A stretch of 64,000 bases of DNA. Origin: Candidatus Heimdallarchaeota archaeon. Lineage in GTDB: Archaea > Asgardarchaeota > Heimdallarchaeia > Heimdallarchaeales > Heimdallarchaeaceae. The translations under genes were made by a program, and so were the position numbers. Every line of letters begins with the position of its first letter. Position 1 is the first letter of the stretch. The stretch covers positions 192,001 to 256,000 of the forward strand of contig JAHLWR010000001.1 of the NCBI GenBank assembly GCA_019057815.1, read 5' to 3'. The notes beneath the pieces are model-generated. The model was not told the DNA's origin, searched no databases, and saw only the letters and a program-made list of their open reading frames with translations. Shown here in pieces: positions 28,141-36,826 of this stretch.

Positions 28141-29610
28141 ATGCAATGTTTTTTAAACTTTGATTGCAAAGGATACATAGAGATACAAAGAAAAGTGGTA
28201 AAAATTACAGAAGACTACCTCCTTGCAACTGAGATGCAATTAATTTATGATAATGAAAGTGGATTTGAGCCGGTTAATGGCAATTTAAGACATTGGAAGG
28301 GTGAAGTAGGTACTGTTATAGGTACTTCAATTCCAATTTTTGCAGAAATCAAAATTCCCTCAGATTTCCCTCATCAACAACCTCTTGTCTTAATCACACC
28401 TAGAGTTAATCATCCTAATATGGAAGATGATGACTCTTTAAGTTTGCGCGTTTTAGCTCAATGGAATCAGAGTATTCATATTTATCAAGTAATAAGAGAT
28501 ATTAAACAGTTATTTATTCGCGTTCCTGCAAGACCATACAAAACTAAAAAAAGAAAACAAAGAACAGAGGGACGAAAAACGAGTTTACCGATTGCTAGAA
28601 TACCCACAGCTCGAATAAAACAAGTTTCTTTGTCTCCTCAAATCGATACAAAAAAGCAGCATGATGTTGAGAAAACAGCTATAGAAGAAGATATCCTAGA
28701 ATATCAAAAACAAATTGAGAATGTTTCGAAAGAAATTGAAAAAGAAAGAACAAGATTACTTGAAAAGCAGGGTATAGCTATTCAAAGAGGTAAATTTGAG
28801 GTTGAAATATCACAAAAAGATGTTTTGAAATCAGAAGTGTATGCGGTTCAAGAAATTTTGGAAAACTTGGAAGAAAAATTTGAGGACGGAGATTTACCAG
28901 CTATCGACTTTCTTAAATTATCTAAGAAATATTCTAGAGAAAGTTATAAAGCTGAAAAGAAACTTAGTTTCATACAGACAAGCTCAAGTAGCAGGATGGA
29001 TGAAAAGATGAGTAATAAACTTGATTTAGAAGCAGAATTATATGCTTCGATTATCACACTTGATAATTTAGCTCTAAATTACGAAAATAACGAAATAGAA
29101 TCAATACCCTACAAGAAACAACTACGTTCCTTAATTAGAAATATTTTCAAAGCTCGAATTAAACTAGAAAAAATAGGATTCAAACTTGAACATTTTATTA
29201 AACAAGAAAAGTTAGATGAAAGATGTCCAAAAGGGATAGGTCATTTGAGGATGGCAGAAGGTTTAGAAACAAAAGAAGCTATTACTATTCCATTTGATTC
29301 TTTGAAAAAACTACCTTCAAAGACAGCAGATTTCGTTTCATCAGCAATAGAGCTTATAGATCTGACTAGATTAAAATCAATAGCAAGAGCAGAACTTCTT
29401 TTAGCTGATATCGAAGAAATGATACACATCCTTAATAATTTTCCATCTACACCTAAGGATTACTGGGCTCTTGAAGATATGAAAAACTGGAAAGATGTTA
29501 TTTCAAAGTACAAACCTAGTGAAGTAATTAGTGAAAAAGATTGTGAACAACTAGAATTTCAAACATCTAGATGGCTAAATGATTTTCGAAGATTATTAAA
29601 GGAATTGTAA
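28141..29610 (+). CDS. ESCRT-I fusion protein: UEV - coiled coil - Vps23 steadiness box - Vps28
   Basis: E2 fold PSDFPHQQP...HPNMEDDDSLSL with catalytic Cys replaced by Ser; SB hairpin LEEKFEDGDL...F; Vps28 motif AELYASIITLDNL and C-terminal four-helix bundle. True start probably near 28195-28204. Confidence 0.88.
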   Translation: MQCFLNFDCKGYIEIQRKVVKITEDYLLATEMQLIYDNESGFEPVNGNLRHWKGEVGTVIGTSIPIFAEIKIPSDFPHQQPLVLITPRVNHPNMEDDDSLSLRVLAQWNQSIHIYQVIRDIKQLFIRVPARPYKTKKRKQRTEGRKTSLPIARIPTARIKQVSLSPQIDTKKQHDVEKTAIEEDILEYQKQIENVSKEIEKERTRLLEKQGIAIQRGKFEVEISQKDVLKSEVYAVQEILENLEEKFEDGDLPAIDFLKLSKKYSRESYKAEKKLSFIQTSSSSRMDEKMSNKLDLEAELYASIITLDNLALNYENNEIESIPYKKQLRSLIRNIFKARIKLEKIGFKLEHFIKQEKLDERCPKGIGHLRMAEGLETKEAITIPFDSLKKLPSKTADFVSSAIELIDLTRLKSIARAELLLADIEEMIHILNNFPSTPKDYWALEDMKNWKDVISKYKPSEVISEKDCEQLEFQTSRWLNDFRRLLKEL

Positions 29611-29674
29611 GAAAAATGAGAAAGTTTCTCTTCTCATCACACCTCACATTACAGGTTAAATCGACAATATACAG

Positions 29675-29989
29675 GTGAATTCTGTGGCTCGACAGAAATC
29701 ATTAGATACGTTATTTGTGAATATTAGAAAAACGCTATTCGAACTAATAAACATGATTGAGATCAAAATAGATGTAGGATACATTTTAGAGGAAATTGAG
29801 GAAGTTAAGCATCAAATAGTAAAACTTGGTGGGGGGAGAAACGAGCTAATAAACGACATCGAAAAGACAAACATAGCATTATATAGGAAATATGAAAGCA
29901 AACTAGCTTCATTTATTCCAAAAAAGGAAGCATATAATTTAATCAACAAAATTGAAAATTGGCTAAAAGAATTACTGCAACTAGTGTGA
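29675..29989 (+). CDS. Stand-alone Vps28 C-terminal-domain-like four-helix protein (putative)
   Basis: By-eye alignment to the Vps28 CTD of the upstream gene: ELIN/ELID, IEEVKH/IEEMIH, I.KKE...L.....WLKE / I.EKD...L.....WLND. Confidence 0.6.
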   Translation: MNSVARQKSLDTLFVNIRKTLFELINMIEIKIDVGYILEEIEEVKHQIVKLGGGRNELINDIEKTNIALYRKYESKLASFIPKKEAYNLINKIENWLKELLQLV

Positions 29990-30094
29990 TATGTTGATTT
30001 TCTAGAGTGAAATAGTTATTAGAAGATACTTCTTTTGTTTCAAATTAGCTAACTATAAATAACTATACTATATATACACTATTTGGAGATTGAA

Positions 30095-30817
30095 GTGGGT
30101 CTACGCGATATTGAGAAAAAAATCAAAATCAAATCTGCTTTTCAAGTGAAAGAAGCCGAACTAGTAATAAAAGAATTAGCGCAGATGATTGAAAATGTTA
30201 AAGATGTAAAGAAACAACTGAAAAAGTTTGAGAAAAGATATGGTAATGAAATTCAAAAAGATAAGGAGTATTATGAGAAACTATCAGGTTTAAGAAATGA
30301 GTTAGGATTGCCTACAGAAATAGGGAGATTTGAATGGAAAGAAGCCCCAACTTTCAAAGATCGTTTAACAGGAGGAGGATTTTATGATGTTCTGGCAAAC
30401 GAGGTTCTTAATATGGGTCAAAAGTTGACTCAAGAAAATGGAGGAATTATGGCAATTAGCGAATTGTTTACAAAACTCAATAAATCTAGACCAGGAAAGT
30501 TAGTTTCGATTGATGATTTATTAAGGGCTCTTGACAAATTAATTAACACTAAGCTAATTTCACCATACAAAGTTTTAGAATCAGGAGTAAAAATAGTAGA
30601 ATTCACACCAGTTGAATTTAGTCCTGATCATGATTTAATCTTAAATTATGCTTCAAGAAATGGTTATGTAACAAAAGAAGAATTATTAATGAAAACAGGA
30701 TGGACAGAACAACGTATCACTCGTTGTTTGGAATTCTTTGATGAACGTAACATATCTCGTGTCGATGCAGATTATGCAGAAGGAACAAAGTATTGGTTCC
30801 CAGGATTAGGAAGTTGA
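30095..30817 (+). CDS. vps22: ESCRT-II Vps22/Vps36-like (EAP30) protein
   Basis: FYDVLANEVL..GQKLTQENGGIMAISEL..KLNKSR..VSIDDLLRAL and a terminal YWFPGL, typical of EAP30; GTG start after GGAG. Confidence 0.92.
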   Translation: MGLRDIEKKIKIKSAFQVKEAELVIKELAQMIENVKDVKKQLKKFEKRYGNEIQKDKEYYEKLSGLRNELGLPTEIGRFEWKEAPTFKDRLTGGGFYDVLANEVLNMGQKLTQENGGIMAISELFTKLNKSRPGKLVSIDDLLRALDKLINTKLISPYKVLESGVKIVEFTPVEFSPDHDLILNYASRNGYVTKEELLMKTGWTEQRITRCLEFFDERNISRVDADYAEGTKYWFPGLGS

Positions 30818-30846
30818 ATCAACCCCCCGTTTTCCCCTTATATCTC

Positions 30847-31653
30847 TTAAAAAACTTTTTCTGCCTCAAATTGTACAATAGTTCTCTCCTTATTCAACCA
30901 TTTTGCAGCTCCTCTTTCCACTAGTTGATTGCAAATATCTCGCAATTCATCTGCGGGAAGAGAGGACCAAGCTTGATTATAAGTTGTTAAATCATATAAA
31001 GAATGAATTTCAATAACACGACCCGTTTCAATCATGAAATTAAGAAGATCATCTGAAAATTCTTCATTTGTTCTCCAAATTATTTTTGCACGTAATTTTT
31101 TTGTTAAAGGTTTACCTAGAAAAAGAGCAAAAAGTTGAGCAAAGAATCCTTCTTTATCTTGAATCCAATAAGAAAAATCAGATTTTTCTAAAAAGTCAAT
31201 AATGTCTCGAACTTGAACTATAGAGAGAGTTTTGTTAATTTTTTGATTCTTGAAGGGATAGAAATTGCATAAATCATTAACGTTCACTATATGGATAACT
31301 AGAATCCTTGAATAATCAAGAATCACGGCAGACCAACTATTAAGCCACGATTCTAATTGAGGAGTGCTTTTTTTTGGAGTTACATACATCCAAGGTTTGT
31401 TAACCCACTCAGGAAGATTGTCTTCAAATTCCATTATTAGAACAGCACGTTGATCTTTAGATATTTCAAGCATAGCAACTTCTTTTTCTTTTGGAAGAGT
31501 AGCTTGTAATTCATTTTTAGATACTTTCAACCCTTTAATGCTTGCTTCTATTAGTTTTAGTTTCTCTTCAGAAATAGTTTTTTCTTGTTTTAATTTGTCC
31601 AAATCTATACTTGAGAAATCATCTTCTTTAGGTTTTTTTTCCAGAGTAGACAT
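30847..31653 (-). CDS. vps25: ESCRT-II Vps25-like protein
   Basis: PWMY..P...QLESWLNSWSAVILDY, PFKNQKINKTLS, IWRTNEEFS, tandem winged helices. Confidence 0.88.
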   Translation of the reverse strand: MSTLEKKPKEDDFSSIDLDKLKQEKTISEEKLKLIEASIKGLKVSKNELQATLPKEKEVAMLEISKDQRAVLIMEFEDNLPEWVNKPWMYVTPKKSTPQLESWLNSWSAVILDYSRILVIHIVNVNDLCNFYPFKNQKINKTLSIVQVRDIIDFLEKSDFSYWIQDKEGFFAQLFALFLGKPLTKKLRAKIIWRTNEEFSDDLLNFMIETGRVIEIHSLYDLTTYNQAWSSLPADELRDICNQLVERGAAKWLNKERTIVQFEAEKVF

Positions 31654-31669
31654 TATCTTTCACCTGAAT

Positions 31670-32812
31670 TTAAGCACTACCAAATTCTTCAAACCAGTCA
31701 TCATATTGTTTAATTTCATCATCACTCACTGATGGATTAATAGTCTCAAGTGATGAAAGAAAATCTTGCTGTGTTACAGCTCTAGCTTTAATTTCTGGGT
31801 CAGTAATTGCTCCAGAGAGATCTAACTCTCTAATAGGGGTCATGATAGCATCTCTACAAATCATAGCTATATCAGCTCCAGAGTATCCATCGGTTATTTC
31901 AGCTAAAATAGAAAAATTGACGTCATCTTCAATATCTACACCTTTAGAGTTCAAATTAAAGATTGCATTTCTAGCAATTTCATCTGGAAGTGGAATATAG
32001 ATCCTTCTTTCAAATCTTCTTCTAAATGCAGCATCAATGGATTCAGGGATATTTGTGGCACCAACAGTAACAATTCTATCAGTTTCAGCGCTTGACAAAC
32101 CGTCCATTGATGTTAAGAGTTCAGTTTTTACTCTTCTCATCGCGTCATGTTCTCCTCCACGAGCTCCTGCTAAAGCATCTACTTCATCAATGAATATAAT
32201 ACTGGGTTGCCTTTCTCTTGCTAATTTAAATAATGTTTGTACTAGCTTTTCTGATTCACCTAACCATTTTGAAATTATAGAAGCTGCACTAACATTGAAA
32301 AAAGTTGCTTCTACTTCAGCTGCTGTAGCTTTTGCTAAAAGAGTCTTACCACACCCAGGAGGACCAAAAAGTAAAATTCCTTTCCAAGGACGGCGTGCCC
32401 CTGAAAAGAGATCAGGTCTCATTAAAGGTAACACTATAGCTTCCCGTAGAGTTTGTTTAGCAGTTTCCAATCCTGCTATGTCATTCAAAGTCACAGAAGG
32501 CTTTTCAACTACAATAATATCCTGTAAAGCTCCTTCTATTTTATCAGTTTCATCGTCTGAAACTTTAGTTTTTCTTTCCTTTCGTTTCTTGATAAGTTCT
32601 TGCAGTTCCTGAGCACGGGCTATATACATCTCAGCTTTTTTCCTTAAAGTGCGAGCTACCTGGGGATTACGCTCGAATCTTATAGCTTTCATCAATGCTT
32701 CAGCTGCATCTAGATAGTGTGGAATTGCTTCACTATAATTCTTCTCTTTATCAAAATTATATGCCTTTACAGCAAATTCTCTCGCATGATCAATTAAGCC
32801 TTGAGCTGACAA
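31670..32812 (-). CDS. vps4: Vps4 AAA ATPase with N-terminal MIT domain
   Basis: MIT helices (AYNFDKEKNYSEAI..Y), GILLFGPPGCGKT, FIDEVD, RRFERRIYIPLP, ends FGSA. Confidence 0.96.
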   Translation of the reverse strand: MSAQGLIDHAREFAVKAYNFDKEKNYSEAIPHYLDAAEALMKAIRFERNPQVARTLRKKAEMYIARAQELQELIKKRKERKTKVSDDETDKIEGALQDIIVVEKPSVTLNDIAGLETAKQTLREAIVLPLMRPDLFSGARRPWKGILLFGPPGCGKTLLAKATAAEVEATFFNVSAASIISKWLGESEKLVQTLFKLARERQPSIIFIDEVDALAGARGGEHDAMRRVKTELLTSMDGLSSAETDRIVTVGATNIPESIDAAFRRRFERRIYIPLPDEIARNAIFNLNSKGVDIEDDVNFSILAEITDGYSGADIAMICRDAIMTPIRELDLSGAITDPEIKARAVTQQDFLSSLETINPSVSDDEIKQYDDWFEEFGSA

Positions 32813-32930
32813 TTGAAGTTACAACCACCGATTAGTAAGTTTCTATACTATTATTTCATTCATGGATTATAAATATAATACTTCTGTTGCTCTCATTTAA
32901 CAAAGTAAAAAGAAAAAGAGAGGGGAAAAG

Positions 32931-33593
32931 CTATTTTTTGTCAGAATTAGACACTTTTTTACGCAAACCCTCAAGTTCTGCTTCTAGCTCAGAAGTATCA
33001 TCTTCCTCCTTAGCAGCTCCTGAAGGAGTTGCAGGAAGACCAGAAAGATCAGGAAGGGATGTTGTAGTGCCTAGTTCCATTTCTGCTTCAAGTTGTGCTA
33101 ATTGATCATCAATTGCATTATCATCTTCAATGCCTAAAATTCCATCGGAAAGGGCAGAATCGGTCAACGTTTCAGTCATCATTTCAAGCTTATCGCGCTG
33201 AGTGATAACTTTGTCCATTACTTGCTCAGCCTTCTCTGGTGATATTTGTGTAAATTGTTGGTCAACAATTTTAGTACCTATATCCATAGCTTTAACAGTA
33301 TCAACAGTAGATTTGGCAGTTTGAATACTATCCATCTGAGCTTGAAGATTCATAAGCATATTATGAACGGTGTTTAAACGCTTGGTATAAACGGTCCTAC
33401 GTTTAAGAGCCTGTCTAGCACCGGACTTATTACCTGCTTGGAGCATTTTAGAAGCAAGAACTTTCTGTTCATCAGCTTGTCTTTCAAGATTGCGACCTTC
33501 ATGTTCATATTTATTTATTTGAGCTTTTAGAGTTGCAAGAGCTCCAGAATCTTCTTTTCTACTATCCCCAAATAACCAATTTTTCAGTCCCAC
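32931..33593 (-). CDS. ESCRT-III, Vps20/32/60 (Snf7) class
   Basis: N-terminal amphipathic GLKNWLFG, GNKSGARQALKRR, acidic C-terminus with LPDL and ELEAELEGL MIM-like motifs. Confidence 0.92.
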   Translation of the reverse strand: MGLKNWLFGDSRKEDSGALATLKAQINKYEHEGRNLERQADEQKVLASKMLQAGNKSGARQALKRRTVYTKRLNTVHNMLMNLQAQMDSIQTAKSTVDTVKAMDIGTKIVDQQFTQISPEKAEQVMDKVITQRDKLEMMTETLTDSALSDGILGIEDDNAIDDQLAQLEAEMELGTTTSLPDLSGLPATPSGAAKEEDDTSELEAELEGLRKKVSNSDKK

Positions 33594-33606
33594 GACATTT
33601 CACCTT

Positions 33607-34218
33607 TTATTCTTCTTTCTTTCTTAATTTTTGGATTTCAGCTTCTAAATCATCAGTCTCTACAACACCAACAGTTGGTAATCCTGCTTGAGTTGATACA
33701 CCCAGTTCTACAGCAGTTTGTTCTATTAATCTATCGACTTCTACAGGATCTGTGTCAGAAACCAATAAATCGTCTATTCCGTCTTCTAATGTTCCAGTAC
33801 TCTCTTCAATTCCATCAATTGACGCTTCCATATCTTGTATGACTCTGTCTAAATCGGGAATTTGTAATTGAGCATTTGCTGAACGCAAAGCATCTGCGAC
33901 ACCATGCATTTCTTCAGCCATACTAGCAGCTGAATCCGCGCGCTCTAATTTAAAAATCAAACCATTTATTCTTGAAACTAATTTTTGATATCCTAACTCC
34001 CATTTCCTACTACGAACGATGTCTGTTGCAAATAAACGTGCTCCTTCTATGTCTCCCCTCTGAATAGATTGTTTCATTTTTAGTTGCATTTTGGATTCAT
34101 CACGCTCAAGTTTTCTTTGCGCTCTTTCTAACCTTCTAACAGTTAAACGAAGGTTAACAATGTTGTCTCTACTTGATTTTGATGTACCTAGAAGCCAGCC
34201 CATAAAATTTCGGAACAA
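33607..34218 (-). CDS. ESCRT-III, Vps2/24/46 class
   Basis: KLERDESKMQLKMKQSIQRGDIEGARLFATDIVRSR; C-terminal MIM1-like DDLEAEIQKLRK. Confidence 0.92.
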   Translation of the reverse strand: MFRNFMGWLLGTSKSSRDNIVNLRLTVRRLERAQRKLERDESKMQLKMKQSIQRGDIEGARLFATDIVRSRKWELGYQKLVSRINGLIFKLERADSAASMAEEMHGVADALRSANAQLQIPDLDRVIQDMEASIDGIEESTGTLEDGIDDLLVSDTDPVEVDRLIEQTAVELGVSTQAGLPTVGVVETDDLEAEIQKLRKKEE

Positions 34219-34451
34219 TTTCGATTCACCGTGAATATTTGTTGATTTATTCTATTTAAGCTTTGGTGCTTAATATAATTATCTTTTCTTGATGTATCCA
34301 ATTTTTTAGTATGTTATCCCTTTCCTTTTATTGTTAATTTAATAATACTACTATTCCAAAATTAATTCAAACAAAAAATATCCAAAACGTATAAACGGAA
34401 AAACTATTATAATCTTGATTTTAAAATCATGTAAAACTAGGTGAAAAACGT

Positions 34452-34784
34452 ATGTTGTTGAATAAGAGAATGGTATTCAAAACTCTTTTAATTCTTGGTA
34501 TTATGGGTATTATAACCTTAACTGCTACTACTGTATTCGCACAAGAGGATAATGATACTGTTACAGTTACAGAAGATACTTCTGGACTAAAATATATAGG
34601 AGCTGCTATTGCAGTATCTTTTGCCGGTATTGGAGCTTCAATAGGAATGGCAATGGCAGGTAGTGCAGCTATAGGGGCCATCGTCGAGAAACCAGAGCTC
34701 TTTGGAAAAGTTTTCTTGTTTGTAGTGCTTATTGAAGCTGTAGCCATCTACGGTCTATTAGCAGCTATTCTTATGGTTCTCTAA
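34452..34784 (+). CDS. atpK: A/V-type ATPase proteolipid subunit K (c)
   Basis: GAAIAVSFAGIGASIG...EKPELFGK...LIEAVAIYGLL with conserved Glu; signal-like N-terminal extension. Confidence 0.93.
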   Translation: MLLNKRMVFKTLLILGIMGIITLTATTVFAQEDNDTVTVTEDTSGLKYIGAAIAVSFAGIGASIGMAMAGSAAIGAIVEKPELFGKVFLFVVLIEAVAIYGLLAAILMVL

Positions 34785-34818
34785 ATAAGTACCTTAAAAT
34801 CTCTTTCCTTTTGTTTAA

Positions 34819-35202
34819 GTGATTAAAATGAATAAAGAAGAGCGTCCAATGCAATCCCCCGCTTCAATGAAACTGAGATCCTTGATAGATTTGGTTAAAT
34901 TACTTATTTCTACTGCCCGACCCGGAGAAAGATCAGGTGGTTACCTGGGGTACTATGGTGATAGTGATAGATCAATTTACTTTCTAATAAATACAACTTT
35001 AGGTTATTACGAACTTAATGCTCTACCTTTTGTTGTCTGGGTAGAAGAATCTGAAAAACCTACTAATGCGTTTCTTAGGTATCAAACTTCGCCATCCGAA
35101 AAACTAGAGTTTTCTGATGATGCAACAGACCCTAAATGGTTTACACTTCCTATCATCAAATTTGAAGAAATGCCAAAGTACTTAAGAGTCTGGGAACAAT
35201 AA
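34819..35202 (+). CDS. Conserved archaeal hypothetical protein
   Basis: 127-aa ORF downstream of atpK; resembles small uncharacterised TACK/Asgard proteins (SLIDLVKL...FLRY). Confidence 0.65.
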   Translation: MIKMNKEERPMQSPASMKLRSLIDLVKLLISTARPGERSGGYLGYYGDSDRSIYFLINTTLGYYELNALPFVVWVEESEKPTNAFLRYQTSPSEKLEFSDDATDPKWFTLPIIKFEEMPKYLRVWEQ

Positions 35203-35246
35203 GAAACATAACTAGATCATTTTATATTTTTATTCATTCAATTTAC

Positions 35247-36665
35247 TTAATACCAATCATCTTCATAACGAGTATCGTATTTATCAGCTTTTGCTCTAAC
35301 TTCTTCAATGTTGGTCTTAATCTTACTATACTCTCGTTTTAATTTGTTCATCAACCCATCGTAACCTTTAGTACTTGGATACCCAGATTTTATTGAATCA
35401 CGAAATGTTTGCATTTTCCTTTCGACTGCGAAGAGCTTATCTAAAAGCTTATCCAGGGTGAAATCTAACCCTTCTCGCCAGTAGTATTCCCTTTTAATTT
35501 CACGTTTGTTCAAAACTTTTTTCTTGAGAATTATTATATGTTTTTGTATATTGTTTTTCAATTCATTGATAGTTAAAGATCTCTGTTGTATGTCTTCAAT
35601 TATAGAAGTTTTCTTAATAGCATACTCAATATATTCATCTATTATTTTGAAATAGAATTGAAATTGATATAAGCTTTCATTGCTACCAAATAGAAGATAA
35701 GAATCGTTGCTTGTTTTTATCCTTAAAGTCTTCCCAATCAATAGTTTATAGGAATATTTCTTGCTAACCAAGTATAAAAGACTTATAGTTTCTCTTAATT
35801 TCAATCTGACATCTATTAATCCTTTTTCTCTAATAAGATATATACTCTTACTTGTTAGAACCACTAAGTACTTTTTAGGAAGATTTCCATTTTTCCTTAT
35901 CCACAATCTAGGAATAATAGAGATCATCTGTTCTCCTTCAACTTCAGGTAAATAAGGTTGTATTTTCTCTAGTAAATTAAATTGATATTTAACATAAGCA
36001 ATTTTTTGATTCAAAGAACAGAAATCGTCCTCCATCTCATTTGAGTTAGTTTCAAGAATCTTTTCCAGTAAAAGGTATCTTCCTTCAAGCAATGATAGAA
36101 TTTCTTCTGCTCTTTCCAAGTTGTCTAAATCTGAGTGCCTTAAGAAACCAATTGTATGAAGTCTTTCATCAAGCATTGAAAAAGTATTATTTTCAAATTT
36201 TATAATATTATCAATGAATATTGATATTTTACCATCTAAGAGAACTAAATTATTTTCTATGTGAGGAAACAGCATTATCTTTGATTGTCTCACTGTAAAA
36301 GTGGTTTCTACTAAATCATGATAACGCTGAGTTAACCCCCAAACATGAGCCATTTTTTTATTAAGTTTATCAATAGCTGTGAATATTAAATGTGGCATTT
36401 CTTGGTGATATAGTAAGCCATCTACAACATCTGGAGATTTACACCAGTCACATCTATACACAGTTTCATTTTTTGAATAAGTAGTTTCACTTTTACAAGT
36501 TGGACAGGTAGATTCGAAAACATCCTCATCACATTCGTCACAATGATAAACTGTATTAGTGATAACTACGTGTTTAAGACACAACTTACGTTTACACGAT
36601 TTACAGTAATAATGAGCTGGACTTACACAAGAACTACAACTAGTCACTACCGGCAGAGTGCTCAC
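35247..36665 (-). CDS. Zn-finger (B-box-like plus CxxC ribbons) - coiled coil - PH-like - steadiness-box-like hairpin protein
   Basis: CSSC-x7-CKSC-x4-CLKH, then CDEC, CPTC, CDWC; helical stalk; KYLVVLTSKSIYLIREKG PH-like strands; C-terminal hairpin. Confidence 0.7.
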   Translation of the reverse strand: MSTLPVVTSCSSCVSPAHYYCKSCKRKLCLKHVVITNTVYHCDECDEDVFESTCPTCKSETTYSKNETVYRCDWCKSPDVVDGLLYHQEMPHLIFTAIDKLNKKMAHVWGLTQRYHDLVETTFTVRQSKIMLFPHIENNLVLLDGKISIFIDNIIKFENNTFSMLDERLHTIGFLRHSDLDNLERAEEILSLLEGRYLLLEKILETNSNEMEDDFCSLNQKIAYVKYQFNLLEKIQPYLPEVEGEQMISIIPRLWIRKNGNLPKKYLVVLTSKSIYLIREKGLIDVRLKLRETISLLYLVSKKYSYKLLIGKTLRIKTSNDSYLLFGSNESLYQFQFYFKIIDEYIEYAIKKTSIIEDIQQRSLTINELKNNIQKHIIILKKKVLNKREIKREYYWREGLDFTLDKLLDKLFAVERKMQTFRDSIKSGYPSTKGYDGLMNKLKREYSKIKTNIEEVRAKADKYDTRYEDDWY

Positions 36666-36826
36666 CTTTATTGTATCTGAAAAGCTAAGCTAATTTATGT
36701 ATTAATGTAATATCTACAGAATAATGATGATTTTATCGCAGAATCTGGAGAACTCAAATAATGTCATACCATTAGTTTTATTTTAGTGTGCTTTATGTTA
36801 ATATAAAAATCAAAGAGATTATTACT

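Noticed and set aside
28300-28520. Active E2 ubiquitin-conjugating enzyme
   Set aside because: The catalytic Cys position is Ser and the domain is fused to ESCRT-I, so it is a UEV
32037-32612. 191-aa ORF antisense to vps4
   Set aside because: Typical antisense frame of a conserved AAA gene
36720-36790. ATGATGA box-C-like motif suggesting a C/D sRNA
   Set aside because: No properly spaced CTGA box D or C'/D' pair
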